From Lytechinus pictus (Eukaryota), in NCBI RefSeq assembly GCF_037042905.1, contig NC_087245.1, forward strand, positions 3,412,001-3,476,000: a stretch of 64,000 nucleotides of DNA, read 5' to 3'. Of the stretch, positions 13,434 to 28,622 are shown one piece after another. The position numbers and the translations under genes were made by a program. The notes beneath the pieces are model-generated. The model was not told where the DNA came from and ran no database searches. It worked only from the letters and a program-made list of their open reading frames with translations. Position 1 is the first letter of the stretch, and each line of letters starts with the position of its first letter.

Positions 13434-15944
13434 GAATGACCATACTGTAGTGTGCATCGGCGACAGACATATCAATCTCTCCATTAAGGTTCAATCTCCA
13501 TATTCACTCTTCAATCTCTTTAATTGGTTGTATCTGGTATGTCAGGTGTGATGTCTCCATCTTATTTCCGATTGAATAAAGAGTGCAGTAGACCAGTACA
13601 TCTATCTCATGGATCGCACACATTTGACATCGAGACAGGGCTTAATATGGCTTAATGTTCATTTCCTAATTCATTTTTTTTTTTGTAAACATGGTAAAGT
13701 TTTGTAAAATTGGGATCAGGTTGTATGAAGTAGTTTCGTCTCATGTAATAAACAACGAAAGACAAATCACACGACTCGTTAAGTATTATTACAGTATTAT
13801 TGTTTATTATTAAACCTATTAACATGTGATATTAAAATTCTTCTTTGGCATACTCACATTAATGACGGGGTTTGAGATATTTTTGTGTTACATGCTTATT
13901 ACATGGGCCCTAAGATCATCGAATTTTGACCTTCTATATGTTACACTTTCTAGGAGATCATGGGGGAATGAGATGTGGCCTTGCAACCCAATCCTGTAGA
14001 ATTTGCTTTCACATGGTATAGGCAAAAATGCAATATCTGTAACTTTCTTTTTGAGCAACTTCTCCTGCATTTTTGTACTTGTGCTAGATGATCTGAGACA
14101 CCTTCTCTCATTTCTCTAATTATGAAAGCTCTTTTTCCCCGGTGGCCTGAAAACGATGGTCAATGTTGATATATAGACTTTGTGACGTGATACCTTATTG
14201 CACAATTTCTAATTCATGCTGAAAAATCAAAGTAATGAAAAATGTTTATCGTTATAATATGATATGCTGATATCATTAAATGCTATAAAAGCTACATATA
14301 TTTTATTAAGATTAAATGTATATGAAAACATGTTAGAAGAAACACTAATACATCTAGTGTTGAAGACCAAAGTATACATTTATAATAATTTACTATTTCT
14401 ACAATGTTTGGAAAAGGCCTGATTTCATTTTCTTCCAAAGTATTGTATGGGCTTCTTTTAGTGGAGTGCGTGTATATCTAATTTAAAGGGAAGAACTATC
14501 GATCCTAAATATGTCATATTTATCACCATCGTCATCATCGTAGCCATATAACCCTTTTCCTCTTCCCTTCCTTCCCCTTATCCTTATTGAGAGATTTTTA
14601 CATCTCATATCCGTTATTATTTCATATTTTTAAACAAAAAATACCAAACTATGAAATGGGTAAGCAGAATCTGTAAAGTACTTGTGATGGGTGTGTGAAT
14701 AGGATACTAGTGCTAGAAGTGACTATCATAAATTGATCATTCACATGATGCTTCTTGGAATTTCTAGATTGGAGGATTTATTATTTGATCCCATGGTTCT
14801 GCTTGGTTGAACAGAAACCTCAAACATTAAAAATTGCGAGACTGTGAAAAATACTAATGATATTCGTTTGGTATTCGACGGTTACTATATAAAACTTCCC
14901 TTTCATCATGATCCAAGACTCTGATTTTGATTTGATAAATTCAATGTGGAAATTATGTGAAATAAATGATTCTCCTTCTTTAACTGAAACCAACAAAATA
15001 ATGCCATTACCATTATTCCATTTCAGTTAGCATAGCGTCGATAATATAGTGCTGTTACAAATCATTATTCTAAGTCTTGATAGAATTCATGTAATGATCA
15101 AATTTTAGTATCAAGTTGATGGTGAATAACTGATGAGGTCTAATTTTCAGATGTCAGTCGACTTGTGTCCAAGATTTGCAAAGGAATGAAATTCAGTAAT
15201 GGATTTGTTTTCCTTCATCTACCAGTGAAGTACGAGGGTTTCTGCGTGCTAATCCTGCCAAAAGAACCTCAATTAAATGAGGAGAACAAGTCTGTTTTAT
15301 GATGAGGACGGAGCGACAAACAAAACACACTCTCCCCTCTGGAGAGACTCATGTTTTCAAATTGTGATTAATTTCCTGGTTATATCTCTACGGTCGATAC
15401 CTGATATACAACTACAAATAAAGTCAGGCTTTGAAAGAAAATTCAACCTCAAAGTGAGAGGCAATTTTAAAATTACAAGAAAGAAATAAGCTGAAGTAGG
15501 AGTACCGTGCCAATATGTACTCTGGAATTAATTCAATGCCTTCTTTGTGACGTAAACTAAAACGAAGATAGAGGATTGGTTTGTATTTCAACTTTGCAGC
15601 ATACGGCAGGGCAGAATCTATGAAATATTTCACAAGATGAATGTAAATGTTTCCACACTAACGATAGATGGTCAGGTTTTACTATTGGTTCCCATTTCAA
15701 GAGATAGAGTTTCTTTGATTATGAGTAGAAAGAACAGGTGCACAATACGATCTTAGACTGTCTATAAGGGAAGCGCATCTATCATGAAAATTTCTTTGAG
15801 CGGCTCATAATTTCCGGATGGTGCTGTCTTTGAGAAATAGTGACGGAAAAGTCTAGACTTGGCAGCCCTAAGGTTAGTTTGAAAAAAAAAGTCCTACGTA
15901 AAGGTCTGCACTAATCTGTAAGAGAATATTCACTAATATATATA

Positions 15945-15986
<42 letters not shown>

Positions 15987-18900
15987 TATAATTATAGTAT
16001 CACTTGAATTAGGATCATGATAATATTATGATGAAATGTTATGTTTTATAAAGATCTTAATTACTATACATTATTTAGTTAATTAGGTTCTTTATGAAAA
16101 ACTGATAACATCTGGAACATCGCAGACTACTTAATATCAGCAAATTGCGTAATACGATTGTGAAGGCCATATAAATTCTTGCTTTTTGCAGAAATATCGA
16201 TTTTCAAATGACAAAGGTTTTTGTAAATACACCGAATGAAATAATATTCCGAATTTGATCGAAATTTAAGTATCGTATTTATTGGAGGGGATGTATTTTT
16301 TTATTCAACCTACTATGCATGAGATAGCATGAATGTAGAGGCAATATATCAGTACACTCTTTTCATTTTTTTTCATCTGCTAAGAATATATTCAATAATT
16401 AAGTAGAAATATGATAATCTAAAGCTAATGGCAAATATTTTCAAAAAATATGTAAAACTGTAAAACTTTTTTTGTTTAGAACTGTTTTAAAATATCGTAC
16501 AAAAAACCATAATACTGTGAGCATTTAATGGATCATCCAAAGAAGAATATATCAATGATATGTAATATGTTAACCAGTCAGTAACGTAATGAGTCCAAAA
16601 GTGTTGAGGTTGTCAGACATGTCATATGAAGCAAAATCGCTACAAAGTTGCCAGCGAGTGAACCGAGCGAGCAAACAATTTGAATACTTTAATACAAATA
16701 TCAAATTTAGAGATAAATTTTGACATATATTCCAGAGAATGACATTTTATTTCTTATTTTTTCATTTTCATTTCTTTTCTCCTTTTTCTCTTGGTCGAGA
16801 AATGTTTTGGATTCATGGCCCTCATGCCCCCTGGTCCATCTGCACACCGGTGCAACCAGTTGGTTGAGTGCACCACGAAATACAATCATTATTGCCATTG
16901 AATCAAGGTTTTAATCCTTAAGAAATTATAATTCTGTTTGAAAAAAAATTGTGAATTGGTGTATATATATATATGATGTAAACTTATTAACTTCTTATTT
17001 GGTGTGTTTACTGTATGATGCTGCTTTCGATTTCAGATGTTCCCGATCCAATTCATTACGCTCTTTATAGTTTGACTTTAAACTACTTTGAGTTGACCCT
17101 GTCACGTGGTGTGGCTAAGCGATGCCTTACAAACAGAAAGTGAATGTTCACTGTAGATCAGGTTGATAGGCCTAGGGCGTATAAACATTATATCACACCT
17201 GTTAATCAAGGATAAAAGCATAATAAAGCAATATATTGCACACAATCACCTCCAAGCAACTTCAGCCTTGACGAATATCCACTCACACATCACCATGCTG
17301 TTTGTTTATATTACATCTCTCTTATTTCTCTTTTCCAATTACTTTTTTGGCATCCCCTACGTACTGCCTTTTAAAAATATTTTTCCTAATCTATATGTCT
17401 TATCTAGAAAACACTAGTTATTGTCGCTTAAATGAACAGCTTCAGACTACTCCTAAGGTTGGTAAAAGTAGTAAATGTCCTTAACCCATAAAAACCTCTT
17501 AATCCTTATTTAATGGTTAATTTATCTATCATTTTTGTTATGCACGTTATTATACAAACTCAAATCTTCTATTAGATAGTATTAGCCAATTTGTTTGAAT
17601 CATGAAAAAAAAAGAAATAAAGTGTATGTTGGAAAAACGAATCCGTCGTTCCAAATACAACTATTCTAAGGTACTTATTTTAGGTAGAAATACCCCGTAA
17701 TCTCGCTAGAAAGTTACATTGCCTTTATGACTATATCTACATCTACCTTTGATAATCAGGAGTGCGCGAGTAAATAAAGCAAAAGGTTACGTTGAATCCG
17801 TGTCTGTAAATGAAACTTTAGGAAAATGTTAAAGTCTAATCATCCCAGTCGTTAAAACAATACATTATTTGATATGACTGTATAGTCTTGAAACATTTAT
17901 ACATATCAAATGCCGGTCAATTGAAACCCAATGTACTGTGGATTCCATCATGTGAATAATTCTTTCTTTCCCTATATATAGATATAAATATTAATTAACG
18001 TGATTAACTCACTAAAATTCACTCGATCTAATTAGATGGATAGCGGAATGAAAAACAGTATTCATGAATCTAAATATCAAAGGGAAGCGATCTCACTACC
18101 TTTGATTGTCTTACGAAATATCAAGTTATGGGGAATGGGCATAAGATGAGGAGCATGCAACATTCTTAATTTAAGTATTTCACTAACATAATATATTGAT
18201 TTTCTTATCATTCTATGAAAACTTACAAATATATGATATACAAAGTACACGAAAATGACTTCAGAGTCAATATATGACAATGATGTTTTCGATGTGCTTG
18301 AAGCTACAATGTCCCAATGGATTAGAAATGATTCAAAACTTAGGTGAATACATGTCACTCTGGCCTGCCTCTCCAACCCACACACACCTGCCAAGGCAAG
18401 CACCACTTGAACTGCTCACGTCTTGGATCATGTTAGCTCTTCATGGCATGTCAACTTAAGACTCACGCCACCTGATTGAAATGACGTTCTTGTTCAGCTT
18501 CATTGTCAGTCACGCTAGCTCGCTAAGTGTGGATTCTTTTTTATAATAATGCGTGTTGGCTCTTGTGTCAATCCCCCAGTCATCAAGCAGTGATATATAA
18601 GGCATGGCCTGTAACCGTTTTGACTTAACAACTATGGAAGAATCCTTCAGTAATATAAATTATTATCACATCGCAAGGGGGGTATGTCTATTGTGTAAGC
18701 TTTCAGTCTTTCAAAGACAAATGTTTCTTATCATTATACGAATTTCAATTATTTCTCTGTTCTATGTAAAATATTATTTTCTAACAGATCCCAGTCAGGC
18801 AAACGAGTACAACTTTATATCATAGTTGTAGGTGAAGGATGATTAATCTTTAACAGACATTAATCAAGCCTGATCCGCAAGGAACATTGTATAGCTAAGA

Positions 18901-20123
18901 ATTGTAACTGACATTGATTCATATTACTCAGCTCAATCCCAGAAGACATAATTCCTTCATTCCAAGGTACTTTCTAAAACAAAAATTAAAAAACGAATAA
19001 ATAAATAGTAGCTGTGTCCCTGTTTTCGTGATTCCTCATTCTAATCATCGAGCTATTACATTCATGCTTTCATGATCATACTGTTTCAAGGGTTCATTAT
19101 TTGTGCCTTGAATTACTTGGCCTAGATATTCTTTCACTTAGGTCTGATTAGCATAGGCTAGAATTATTGTTACCAAGGGGTATTCATAATACATGATTGA
19201 GCTAGGTCTTTTTAAATTCCTTCTCACACACCCAAAGCAAAAAGTCATGACTATAAGCATTATTTCAATTCTGTACATTCCGTGGCGAGGGGATTTTATT
19301 ACATAAAATCAGTAACCTATTTTTTGTTCTATTTGTATGTTTGTTAAACAAATGAAAATAAACTTATTTTCTTTGCAGAACTACTTCAGTTTAACGTTCG
19401 TGTTACAATGTGACATGCGAATCAGCGTAACTAAGTTCCTGCAAATTTTTTTTGTTTTAAGGAATTTTAGAACCAATTATTGCCCTTTAATCTCTATCAT
19501 TTACCTATCGAATGTTTTCCTTATTTCACTAAAACTATTTTTTCTAAGTCGACAAACTTCGTCTTTAAGAACATTTGTTGTAAAGCTTACCGATGTGTTC
19601 GAATTGAGAACAAGGGGGTATTACATTCACCATCCCAAAGTAGATACCGGTCACGCCCAGTATCCTAGCTACTTTCTCGATTGCATCAAGTGTGTAAAAC
19701 CGCTCTTAACTTCACGATCGCATGCACGTTTCGAGTTCTGTACGTGAGAAAGTGGAGGTTCAATCAACTATTAAGGGTGAAAGATCGAAAGCGGGTCTGA
19801 CCAGAATATCAAAGGACTTCCTTTGTCAAGATCAAAACCACTCATCCATCCAGTTTATGTAGAGTGTTTTCGAGTCGAATCTTTGTGACATGGAAAGATA
19901 AGTATTAGAAGTATTTGAGGAAAAATTGTTAACCAAAGCCGAAAAAAAAGATTTAATTAAAAAGAAGGGGAACCATACTAATAGTCTTAATATGTTGTAG
20001 AATGTAAAAAAACTCTTAATATCTTAATAGAATGAATATAATGCTAATTTCGTTCTGTAACTATTCAATAGAAATGTAAAATTACATGTTAACACACAGA
20101 TGCAATCTTGAAGAAAAATCATT

Positions 20124-20161
<38 letters not shown>

Positions 20162-21310
20162 AATAGAAGTCTGGAAGATTGGGCAAATATCACTATAGTC
20201 TTAGAATGAACATGGATTATTTATATATAAACTTGAAAATAAACTTTGAAAAAAAGCGTATAATTTATTAGCCATAATATTTGCTAAAATTAGTATCTTT
20301 GAAGAAGGGCGAATTATTTCCCCTTATTGTATGTGTTTAGTTTATTTCAATACCGACCACTTAAAACTAATCGCCTTTCGGAGCAGGTGTTGAAAAGTAT
20401 CCAGTGTTTTGAAAACCCTGTCCCAGATAATTTCATATTACCTTATCTTTATTTTTTGTAACCCATTGGTACCTCACTCGCAGGAATCTATGGGTCTCTA
20501 AAGAGTATAACTGTATCTCGTTTCGACATTCTATATAAAAGTATATACCCCTATGTAAACATGATCGTACGATGTAGGCCTAACGGACTACCGTTAATCA
20601 AGATTTGTGTACTTATCATATTAAAGCGTAATCAGAATAATCTTGGTAGGACAAGTACAACAGCTGTTACCTTTTATCTTAAAAGGTTACCTTACTTTAC
20701 GTAATTAAGAAATATATTGGCCATGTGCTGATTTGCTGGCAATGACAAACATGTCTCATATCAGATAGATTCTAGAAGAAGGACTACCCTCGATATTTCA
20801 TGGGGAACACAAAAGAGCTTGACTCTCTTACACTATTCAATGTCAAGCTTTCCCCATGTCTGATTATCAGACGATTTGCCGTGTAAATCATGGGTTGCTA
20901 TTTTCATCTCTATGCGTGCTTCGGCAAGCTTCACTAAGCATTAGTGTTCTACGCTACATGTCGACATTACTCTTTTCTTAACACCGTATTTTTTCTACTT
21001 ATGTATTAGGTCCACTGTATGCTTAATCTTCTCGTGTTTTTCATCACCTAGTTAATCAGCGAAATCTAAAACGATTTACGTGTGTTCCACCGCGGCACAT
21101 GCCTGTGAGGTACTGCGAGGTCACGTGATGCCATTTCGATTGAAACATAAAGGCCAACAGGATGGCCTTTTTATTTCTCTGTAATTCGGCGTGCAAAAAA
21201 CTTTTGAACAATCTTGGAGTGCATTTCAATTCATTATTTTGAAACATAGTATACTGTGTATCGGTGAAATGATTTTTTAGAGAATAATAGTGCGTAATTC
21301 ATATCATATA

Positions 21311-22316
21311 CAGCGCGTCCCCAAAAAATGTCCCTCTTATATGGGGCTAAATTACTTCAACAAATAAAAATTATTCTCAATGAAATGTATTTAACTAGGA
21401 AGCTATTCTCATGTTCTAACTTCTATAGAAATGTCATTGATCTCGCCTCAGTGGTTTTGAATACACAGTCTATTATGTAAAAGTGGTGCTTTTCAGCCCA
21501 TTCCAAGTTTGCATGCATGCAGCATTACTGTGTGTTCTGCACTTTCTAGCATATCAACCCCCTTTGACCATTCTGACCAAGGAATTCCCTGATCTGACCC
21601 TTGAAATCTCCATGATATAACCAGACTCATCAAATCACAACCTTGAGATATTTGACAGCTCAGTTCATGTTTGAAAATGGGAGATGCACAATAATTAAGA
21701 CAACGGGTCATGTCTGTTTCATGTCTAATACTGCATTTTTGTTTTTATTAATGTTTTTTTTAGTTAATAAGCTACTGTGGTCAAGTTAATTCAATGTAAC
21801 TTTTTAAGAGAAAAAAGTCAATTTTTTCTCTGGTAAAGTTCCTTTTTCGCAAAGGGTGTTTAACTTGCGGATTCCCCTTTATTATTGAGCTTATTTTACT
21901 CATCCATCATTCACATTTTCTTTCAATTTGGTGCACTGATTCCCCTTATCAATCATCAAAAGACTTGATTTTTTATATTTCTTGCCCTTCTGAACATGCC
22001 CAAGTTTATAATTTGATGAGCCTGGATATGATTAGGGAAATGTCCCTGCTCAGATCCTGGATGTAAAAATTGGGGTTAACATGCCATAGACAATGCAGAT
22101 ATGCATCAATGCTGTAAACTTGGAATGGGCTAAAATGCACCACTGTTACGTAACAGGGTGTGTATTCAAAACTGCTGAAGCGAGACCAATGAAATTTTCA
22201 TAGAAGTTAGATCATGAAATGAGCTTTCTACTCATGAACATTTATTTGAGAATACTACCACATTTTAGAATTAATTCAGTCCTATGTCAGAGGGACATTT
22301 TTGGGGGGACGCGCTG
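21311..22316. mobile_element. Tc1/mariner-type MITE, about 1 kb
   Basis: TA|CAGCGCGTCCCCAAAAAATGTCCCTC at the left end and GAGGGACATTTTTGGGGGGACGCGCTG|TA at the right. Imperfect inverted arms extend about 230 bp. No ORF. Confidence 0.85.
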
Positions 22317-22372
22317 TATAAGAATTGTCAAATCTGTTGTACATGTATAATTCATCATACACACACACATAT

Positions 22373-23104
22373 ATAAACTCCTAAAAAAAAGGTTTGGAAA
22401 TCTGACTTTGATCGATTATCCCTTATCAGTTTTAGTGAACATTAATGTGTGATTGATACTAATGAAAAGATCATTTAATTTTTTAAAATGATACCCTACA
22501 TTACATGATTATGGTTCAAGTGGAGGTGCAGTGCCTTGAAATATGGGGCAAGGTCATAAATTCAAAAGTTGCAGAATGACACAATATTGAAAGTCACTGT
22601 TCTTTTCTTTCTGTGGTGATGAGTGAGTTTCTCAGCGGTTTCTTTTGTTTTCATGCACCTTAACATTAACATGGAATCAAACACACCTCGATCTGCACAA
22701 GCAAACACATAACAAACAAACATGCATGGGTATTCCAAACCAAGACTCAAACCATGTTATCTCATAGAACCATCACTACATAAACCACAACAAAACATAA
22801 AAAATGAAGAAGCAAGGGCTTGATTTGAATGGATTTTCATCTCTATTGACACAGACAAAAGACTCATGTTCTTTATTGACCCTTCGTGACTATTTGTCCT
22901 CGTTTTGCAGCTTTTCAATTCAGACCTCATCCAGCTTTTTGAATCCTGCTCTTTTCGTGATGGCATGATCGTAACAAGCATGGTATCATTTTAAAGAGAA
23001 TTAAATGATCTCTTGAATGATATCAAGTATGCATTGTGTAAAATTGGAGGTTGGGAGATATTAATGGCCAAACTCAGATTTCCAAACTTTTTCGAGAGGT
23101 TAAT
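22373..23104. mobile_element. MITE with imperfect TIRs of about 120 bp, flanked by TA
   Basis: The left end aaactcctaaaaaaaaggtttggaaatctga...aaaatgatacc is mirrored by ggtatcattttaaa...tcagatttccaaactttttcgagagg. The same terminus occurs inverted at 63260-63379. Confidence 0.65.
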
Positions 23105-25145
23105 ATATATGTACATGTTTCCACACTTTTTACTTTACATATCATTGCCTATTGAATGTTTGATACCACGAAAACCGATGAAGCCTATTAAACAGAAAAG
23201 ACTTTTACCGCTTTCCAGCATAGAGCTTACTCGAATTAACACTTCCAATTTGTCGGCGCTACCATCAGTAATGGTTTGAGAAGAAACCTGTTGCAATAGC
23301 AATTTGCGGTTGTTCCACTCCTTTTCATCCCGGTGTGTATACAGTCAGATCTGTGCAGAATTTATGACATTGCCGTCATGTTAATAAGATAGCCACACAA
23401 TTCTACTCACGCACAGTAACAAGCTATTCTGATCACATACAAACCAAGGCAATGTCATGGTGAGCCTTATTTTTATTTTATCTTTTATAAGAGGAATTTT
23501 ATGTAATCATGATCAGTTATGCTTAATGGAATATTTATCAAAACCCCGTCAATTTTTTTTCGCATTTTTTCCTATGGATTTCTTTGGGGGTCGGGGGTAT
23601 TATATGCTCCACATGTCTTCTATTTAATGATGAAGATTCATACAACTACAACTCTACGTTATATTCTGAACAATATAATAGGCTCACAGGCTGAGTCAGA
23701 ATCTCTTGTCGTGCCATATCTATTGGTAGATTTGTGTTGGACAAACGTGGGTATGTCCCTTCCTCTTTGACACTGAAATATTTTGTTGTTGTTGATGTAC
23801 GTATTGTCTGTTGGATTCATTAGATATCAATGATAGAATTTTGATAAAAACCTAATTTGTAGTCCTCACAAATGCTCATCACGTTCCATACAATTGGAAA
23901 ATTGGGACGAGAATGTCTGACGTCATGTCTTTATATCAACCCCTGCAGTAAAAGGTAGACAATATAAAGTTGGATAAAAGTGTTTTGTTCGTGTATATCG
24001 TTTGCGTAATATTTTGTCACACTGGAACTTCATTGTATTATGAAAGATTAACAAAAAACCTCATTACGGTTTCTGAAATTAGTTGCATGAAAAAAATGTT
24101 TTGAATAGCGTATAATCTATAAAAGAAAAGGGGGAGGTTAAGCAACAACTCACTATTTTTTTTTTTCGAAAGGGAGATGTATGTTTATTTTTCAAGTATC
24201 GGTTAAAAAATATGTTTCATGGGTTTGCACAAAACGTCGCATGGACTTCATCCAACATTTATTGTCATTTTACTAATAGACTAGTAAGCCATGGGCCAAA
24301 TAAAGGTAAAAACATTTCCAAATGTTTAATTAATCATAATCTCACCATTAAGTCTATGAAGCCCCTATTCTATATGATGTGCTAATAATGCCCATAAAGT
24401 GTTACATTCACTTCAAATTTATAATTAATAATCAATAGTAAGTATTGTGCAAGGATATACCAAGCTCTTAGTCTATGTTTCTAGAATTACACTTCATTTT
24501 TAGATTTATATTCATATGCCCTTGCAGAAACAGCATTCTGAAAGAAGAGAGTTATTTTATATTCATTTTTTTTCGTTATGTATCAGAGAGTACCAGTCCA
24601 CTATTACTATTCATTAATGTTGATTTGCCTCAAAAGCCATTGAAAATACCAGAAGATGAAGGGGGTCAGAAGGATGTGCAATTCACATGTCGCCGCGTGC
24701 CGTAAATAACATATTCAGTCGTCGATGGTACTTGCGAAAGCGCGGCCGCCTCGCGATGGAGTTTAAGTGTTTACATGAATTAGCATCAAACACACAATTT
24801 GGTGCTCCCACTTCAAAATGGGCAACCAAAGCGAGTGTACAGAAGTGATGACCTATACCTGCGGCTTGAGCTACTTTAAATCCTCTTTCATCCATTCCAC
24901 TAGGGCATAGACTAGAATCTATTCAGAGCTAGTGATGATTTTGCATGGAATATGAATGCACAATAAACTCCGTATCTCCTGCTCTCAGGCGACGGTGGAA
25001 GCGGCGAACGTCCTAAGGAGAGGGTGATGCAGGAATCACTTTAAGGCGTAAAGCATAAAAACCAAATCTGATCTAGAAAAATCATCATAATTATGCATGT
25101 ATTAAGGGAAAATATTTTAGCTTATATACATTTCTTGATATATTT

Positions 25146-25218
25146 AAATCGATATTGAGTGTAGTTTAAATGACTACTTTTGAAATCGATATTAAGTGTA
25201 GTTTAAATGACTACTTTT
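25146..25218. repeat. 37-bp tandem duplication
   Basis: aaatcgatatt(g/a)agtgtagtttaaatgactactttt occurs twice in tandem. Confidence 0.9.
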
Positions 25219-26267
25219 TTAGCTCACTTGTATTATCAGAGGAATCATTTATGTACCCCTATAATATATTTTTTAATTCCAACCAACCTTTAGTGTATGA
25301 GTTCCACATTCTCTCTGAAAATTAAGATAACCGTTACAAGTGAATAAAAGAACTTCACCAAAAAAATGATTAAAATGCATAATGTGTATGGTCTATGACA
25401 TGTGTGTCCATGTTTTTTCCCAAAAATAACAAGTACATTGATTAATGAAAATTAAAATTTAAGTTAATGTTTTACAGATATGAAGCACAAATATTTCATT
25501 ATTAAGAAAGATCATTTACATCAAACCGTCCTATATAATATGTCAAATTCCGGTTCACCGTAAACCCATAGTAGCAATTTTAAACGGAAATGCCATGGAC
25601 TTATTTGCGAATAGTTTACCCTTTCTCGGTGAACCAGCAGTGATCCATCATGAACATGTCACTCTTTCCTCGTGTTTATGGGTTCATTTCTAAAAACAAG
25701 ACTCATCATGGATGATGCATTCCAAATGCATTGAAATGCTATTCAATTTTCTCAAATACCTGGATTTAATAAACCGCGTCTTTTAGTCTCCCAAACCGCA
25801 GAAGTTGATTGAATTTTGACGGAGGGTAAATTGGCTAGTTTAATAATTATAGCCATATTGACACTGTATGTATTCCCTCTTTCATAGGTACGATAGGTTT
25901 TGACAAGAAATTATGAGTTGCATTGAGCGTTGAGCCCCTATCAAAGTCACATTTTAATATTTTCAGAAGCTTCAAAAGTAATATTATTTCATATTTATCT
26001 GCAGTATCAACCGCTTTGAATAATTAGGCATGATTATGTTTCAAAGACTTTACATTAGACACTCGACAATACATATTTATTTCGTATTTATTTGATGTAC
26101 ACCATCAAAATGTTTTTATTTTGAACCCGTTTTCAGTACCAACATCGGAAGATACCTTCAATGAGAAATATACTTTATTCTTAAAACCAGACCTTCGACA
26201 CATCAGAAATGTATTAAACTATTCTCGTTCCCGTTTACTGTATCTATTCTCCTTCACCCCACCCCCC

Positions 26268-26299
<32 letters not shown>

Positions 26300-26305
26300 T
26301 TATAA

Positions 26306-26345
<40 letters not shown>

Positions 26346-27606
26346 ATATACATATATATAAATATACATATAAATCCCTCTAAATCTACATCCATGTAAT
26401 ATCCGTATTTGTTTATCATATTTCTTTTACACTTATTTCACATTTTATTGTCATTGATTTTGTTCACTTTGACATTGATAACCTGTTTTCATCTAATAAA
26501 GATTTTCATGTAACCTTTTCTTCAATGTACCCTTCTCTACCCCCCCCCCCCCCACACTTTTTGAAGCCGGTTGATGATCCCTTTCTGCTCTCTCCTTTAG
26601 ATTCATTATTGAGATTTCGCTATATTTTCCCAACGTCTATCTTTATCTAACTCAACCGGCATCAACTCCTTAGAATTTTATGTTAGGCTCTGGGATTGAA
26701 TACCCTTACGCTGTAATCCAACTTAATACACGCAAAATTGGATTTCAAAATTGAATACTAGGGTAATATAAACCGCTGAAAAGCCATCCAACCGAGTCCA
26801 TTTATCATGGACGATATACACAAACTCTTGATAAAAGGCAAACATGAATGAATCCGTCGTTTTATTTTACGTGTGTGTGTGATAATGGGTTTGCTGGCGT
26901 GTGGGTTGATGGGGCCTGGAAGCATGTTCAAATGCTCCTTATGTTAAGCCATTTCCATTCCTTGATCTACCACGTATCTTGTGCAATTTCCCACGTCGAG
27001 TGATGTATTTCTTTAAAAGCAGATAAGTTATGAGAGAAAAAAGGGTATTTTCATATGCATGGATAATAATGAATCAAGCTATGCATAACAACGCTGTTTA
27101 TGTCAAACAAGAGATGCACCCTCTTTGGCTACAATGCAACACACAAATTGTTTTACAGGGGCCTATTTGTATTTTTTGAAAATGTATCATCCTCAAAATT
27201 TCCATCCCTTCGCACTTTCCTTATATTGATAAAAAAGACAATTTTCTGAGACGCTAAAGGCGACAGTTATTGTGACGTTGACTTATGACAATTTACCCAT
27301 CTAGGAATTAAAAACGCAAAATACAACCCACTTTCATTGCTATTTGGATCAAAGACAGAAAACAGAAAGTCCAAGCTATGACATAAAATTGATTTGAAGA
27401 AAAACCCCAGAGATGAATTTAAAAAAAGTTTTTTTCCCCCTTTAAGAATAGGGTAGGATCTGGTGTTTGGCATTGATCTGCCATGCTGTGTTGATTGTGT
27501 ATGGTTCCTAGGGTGTACCGCGTTCAACTCGGGATTAATCTCGCTCTATCCGTGCTCGCGCATGTGTAATCGACCCACTCGTAGACAAACACGAGCAGCA
27601 GAGTAA

Positions 27607-27610
27607 ATGG
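27607..27610 (+). CDS. Candidate alternative first coding exon of PDE1 (ATG G, phase 1)
   Basis: ATGG|GTAAGA strong donor after a CpG-containing stretch, with an in-frame TAA immediately upstream. Phase is compatible with exon 34330. No homology support. Confidence 0.25.
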
Positions 27611-28039
27611 GTAAGAGGTGTGAGGAAATAGATAAAAGAGGAGGATATGAAGAACCCTTTGGGTCTCTATGGGGCCTTCATTTCCATTATATTATCCGAA
27701 TGTTAGGAGATCTTAAAGGGTTCAAGTAGGTAACATATGGTATGACAAAAATCGTAAGTATATATTTTTAGACATTATACTGTACAGAGATCCCGTACTC
27801 CTCATGGTACTCAGATAATTTGATTTGTAAAGGATGGAGGAATTATTGAATCAATGTCATAAAATGGAGATGTACATGTAAAATGGTAAACAGAACGAAA
27901 TAGGCAAAATCTAGACACAGAATGCGCATTTCAATTTTTGTTATCTTTAGTCAATTTTCACTTCATAGCAGGCGGGGTGACGAAACTTGTGTCAAATAAA
28001 CATGTTACTTAAAATTGTACTGATGACATTGAAGGAGAG

Positions 28040-28622
28040 AGAATTAAACCCTCGGATCAAGTAACTTTGTATGAAAGTGAAAATTCAAAGAATGAAATCA
28101 ATGAAATTTGAGAACAATCGGACAAACAATAAAAAAGTTGTGAGCATTTTAATGTCGAAACCAGTAATGCTATGGAGATCCTCCATTTGGCAATGCGGCC
28201 AAAATTTGTGATGTCACAGAAGTTCAACTCTCCCCGTTGTACACTGAAAAAATACCCCGAAACATATATTTTTATCAATCTTATGATAGTACAAACTCTT
28301 TGTTCATGATATATTTTATGGAACCCCTAATGAACGTCCGCCCATGGAAAAACAATTTTGATCTAGCTGTCGATAGATTCGATAAGAGTGGCATTGTATT
28401 AAAGTATGTCTTAAGTTAATTTGGGAGTTGTACAACACACACATGTTGGCCGTAATACCAATAAAAGGATACCCACATTATCAGTGATTTCAACTTCAAA
28501 TGCCCATAAATATATTATTCGTCTGTTATTCGTCTATTTTTTCTCAAATTTTGATTAGTTCGTTTCTTGAATGTTCTTTTTTACACACAAGCTAACTTGT
28601 TCCTAGGTTTTTATTCTCTTTT
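28040..28622. mobile_element. Degenerate MITE-like repeat
   Basis: Weakly complementary ends (gaattaaaccctcggatcaagtaact... and ...gctaacttgttcctaggtttttattc) and internal aaatttgagaa/ttctcaaattt symmetry. Confidence 0.35.

Noticed and set aside
24828..24910. MGNQSEC... short ORF resembling a myristoylated N-terminus in a CpG-rich patch
   Set aside because: It ends in a stop within about 30 codons, and I found no convincing phase-compatible donor.
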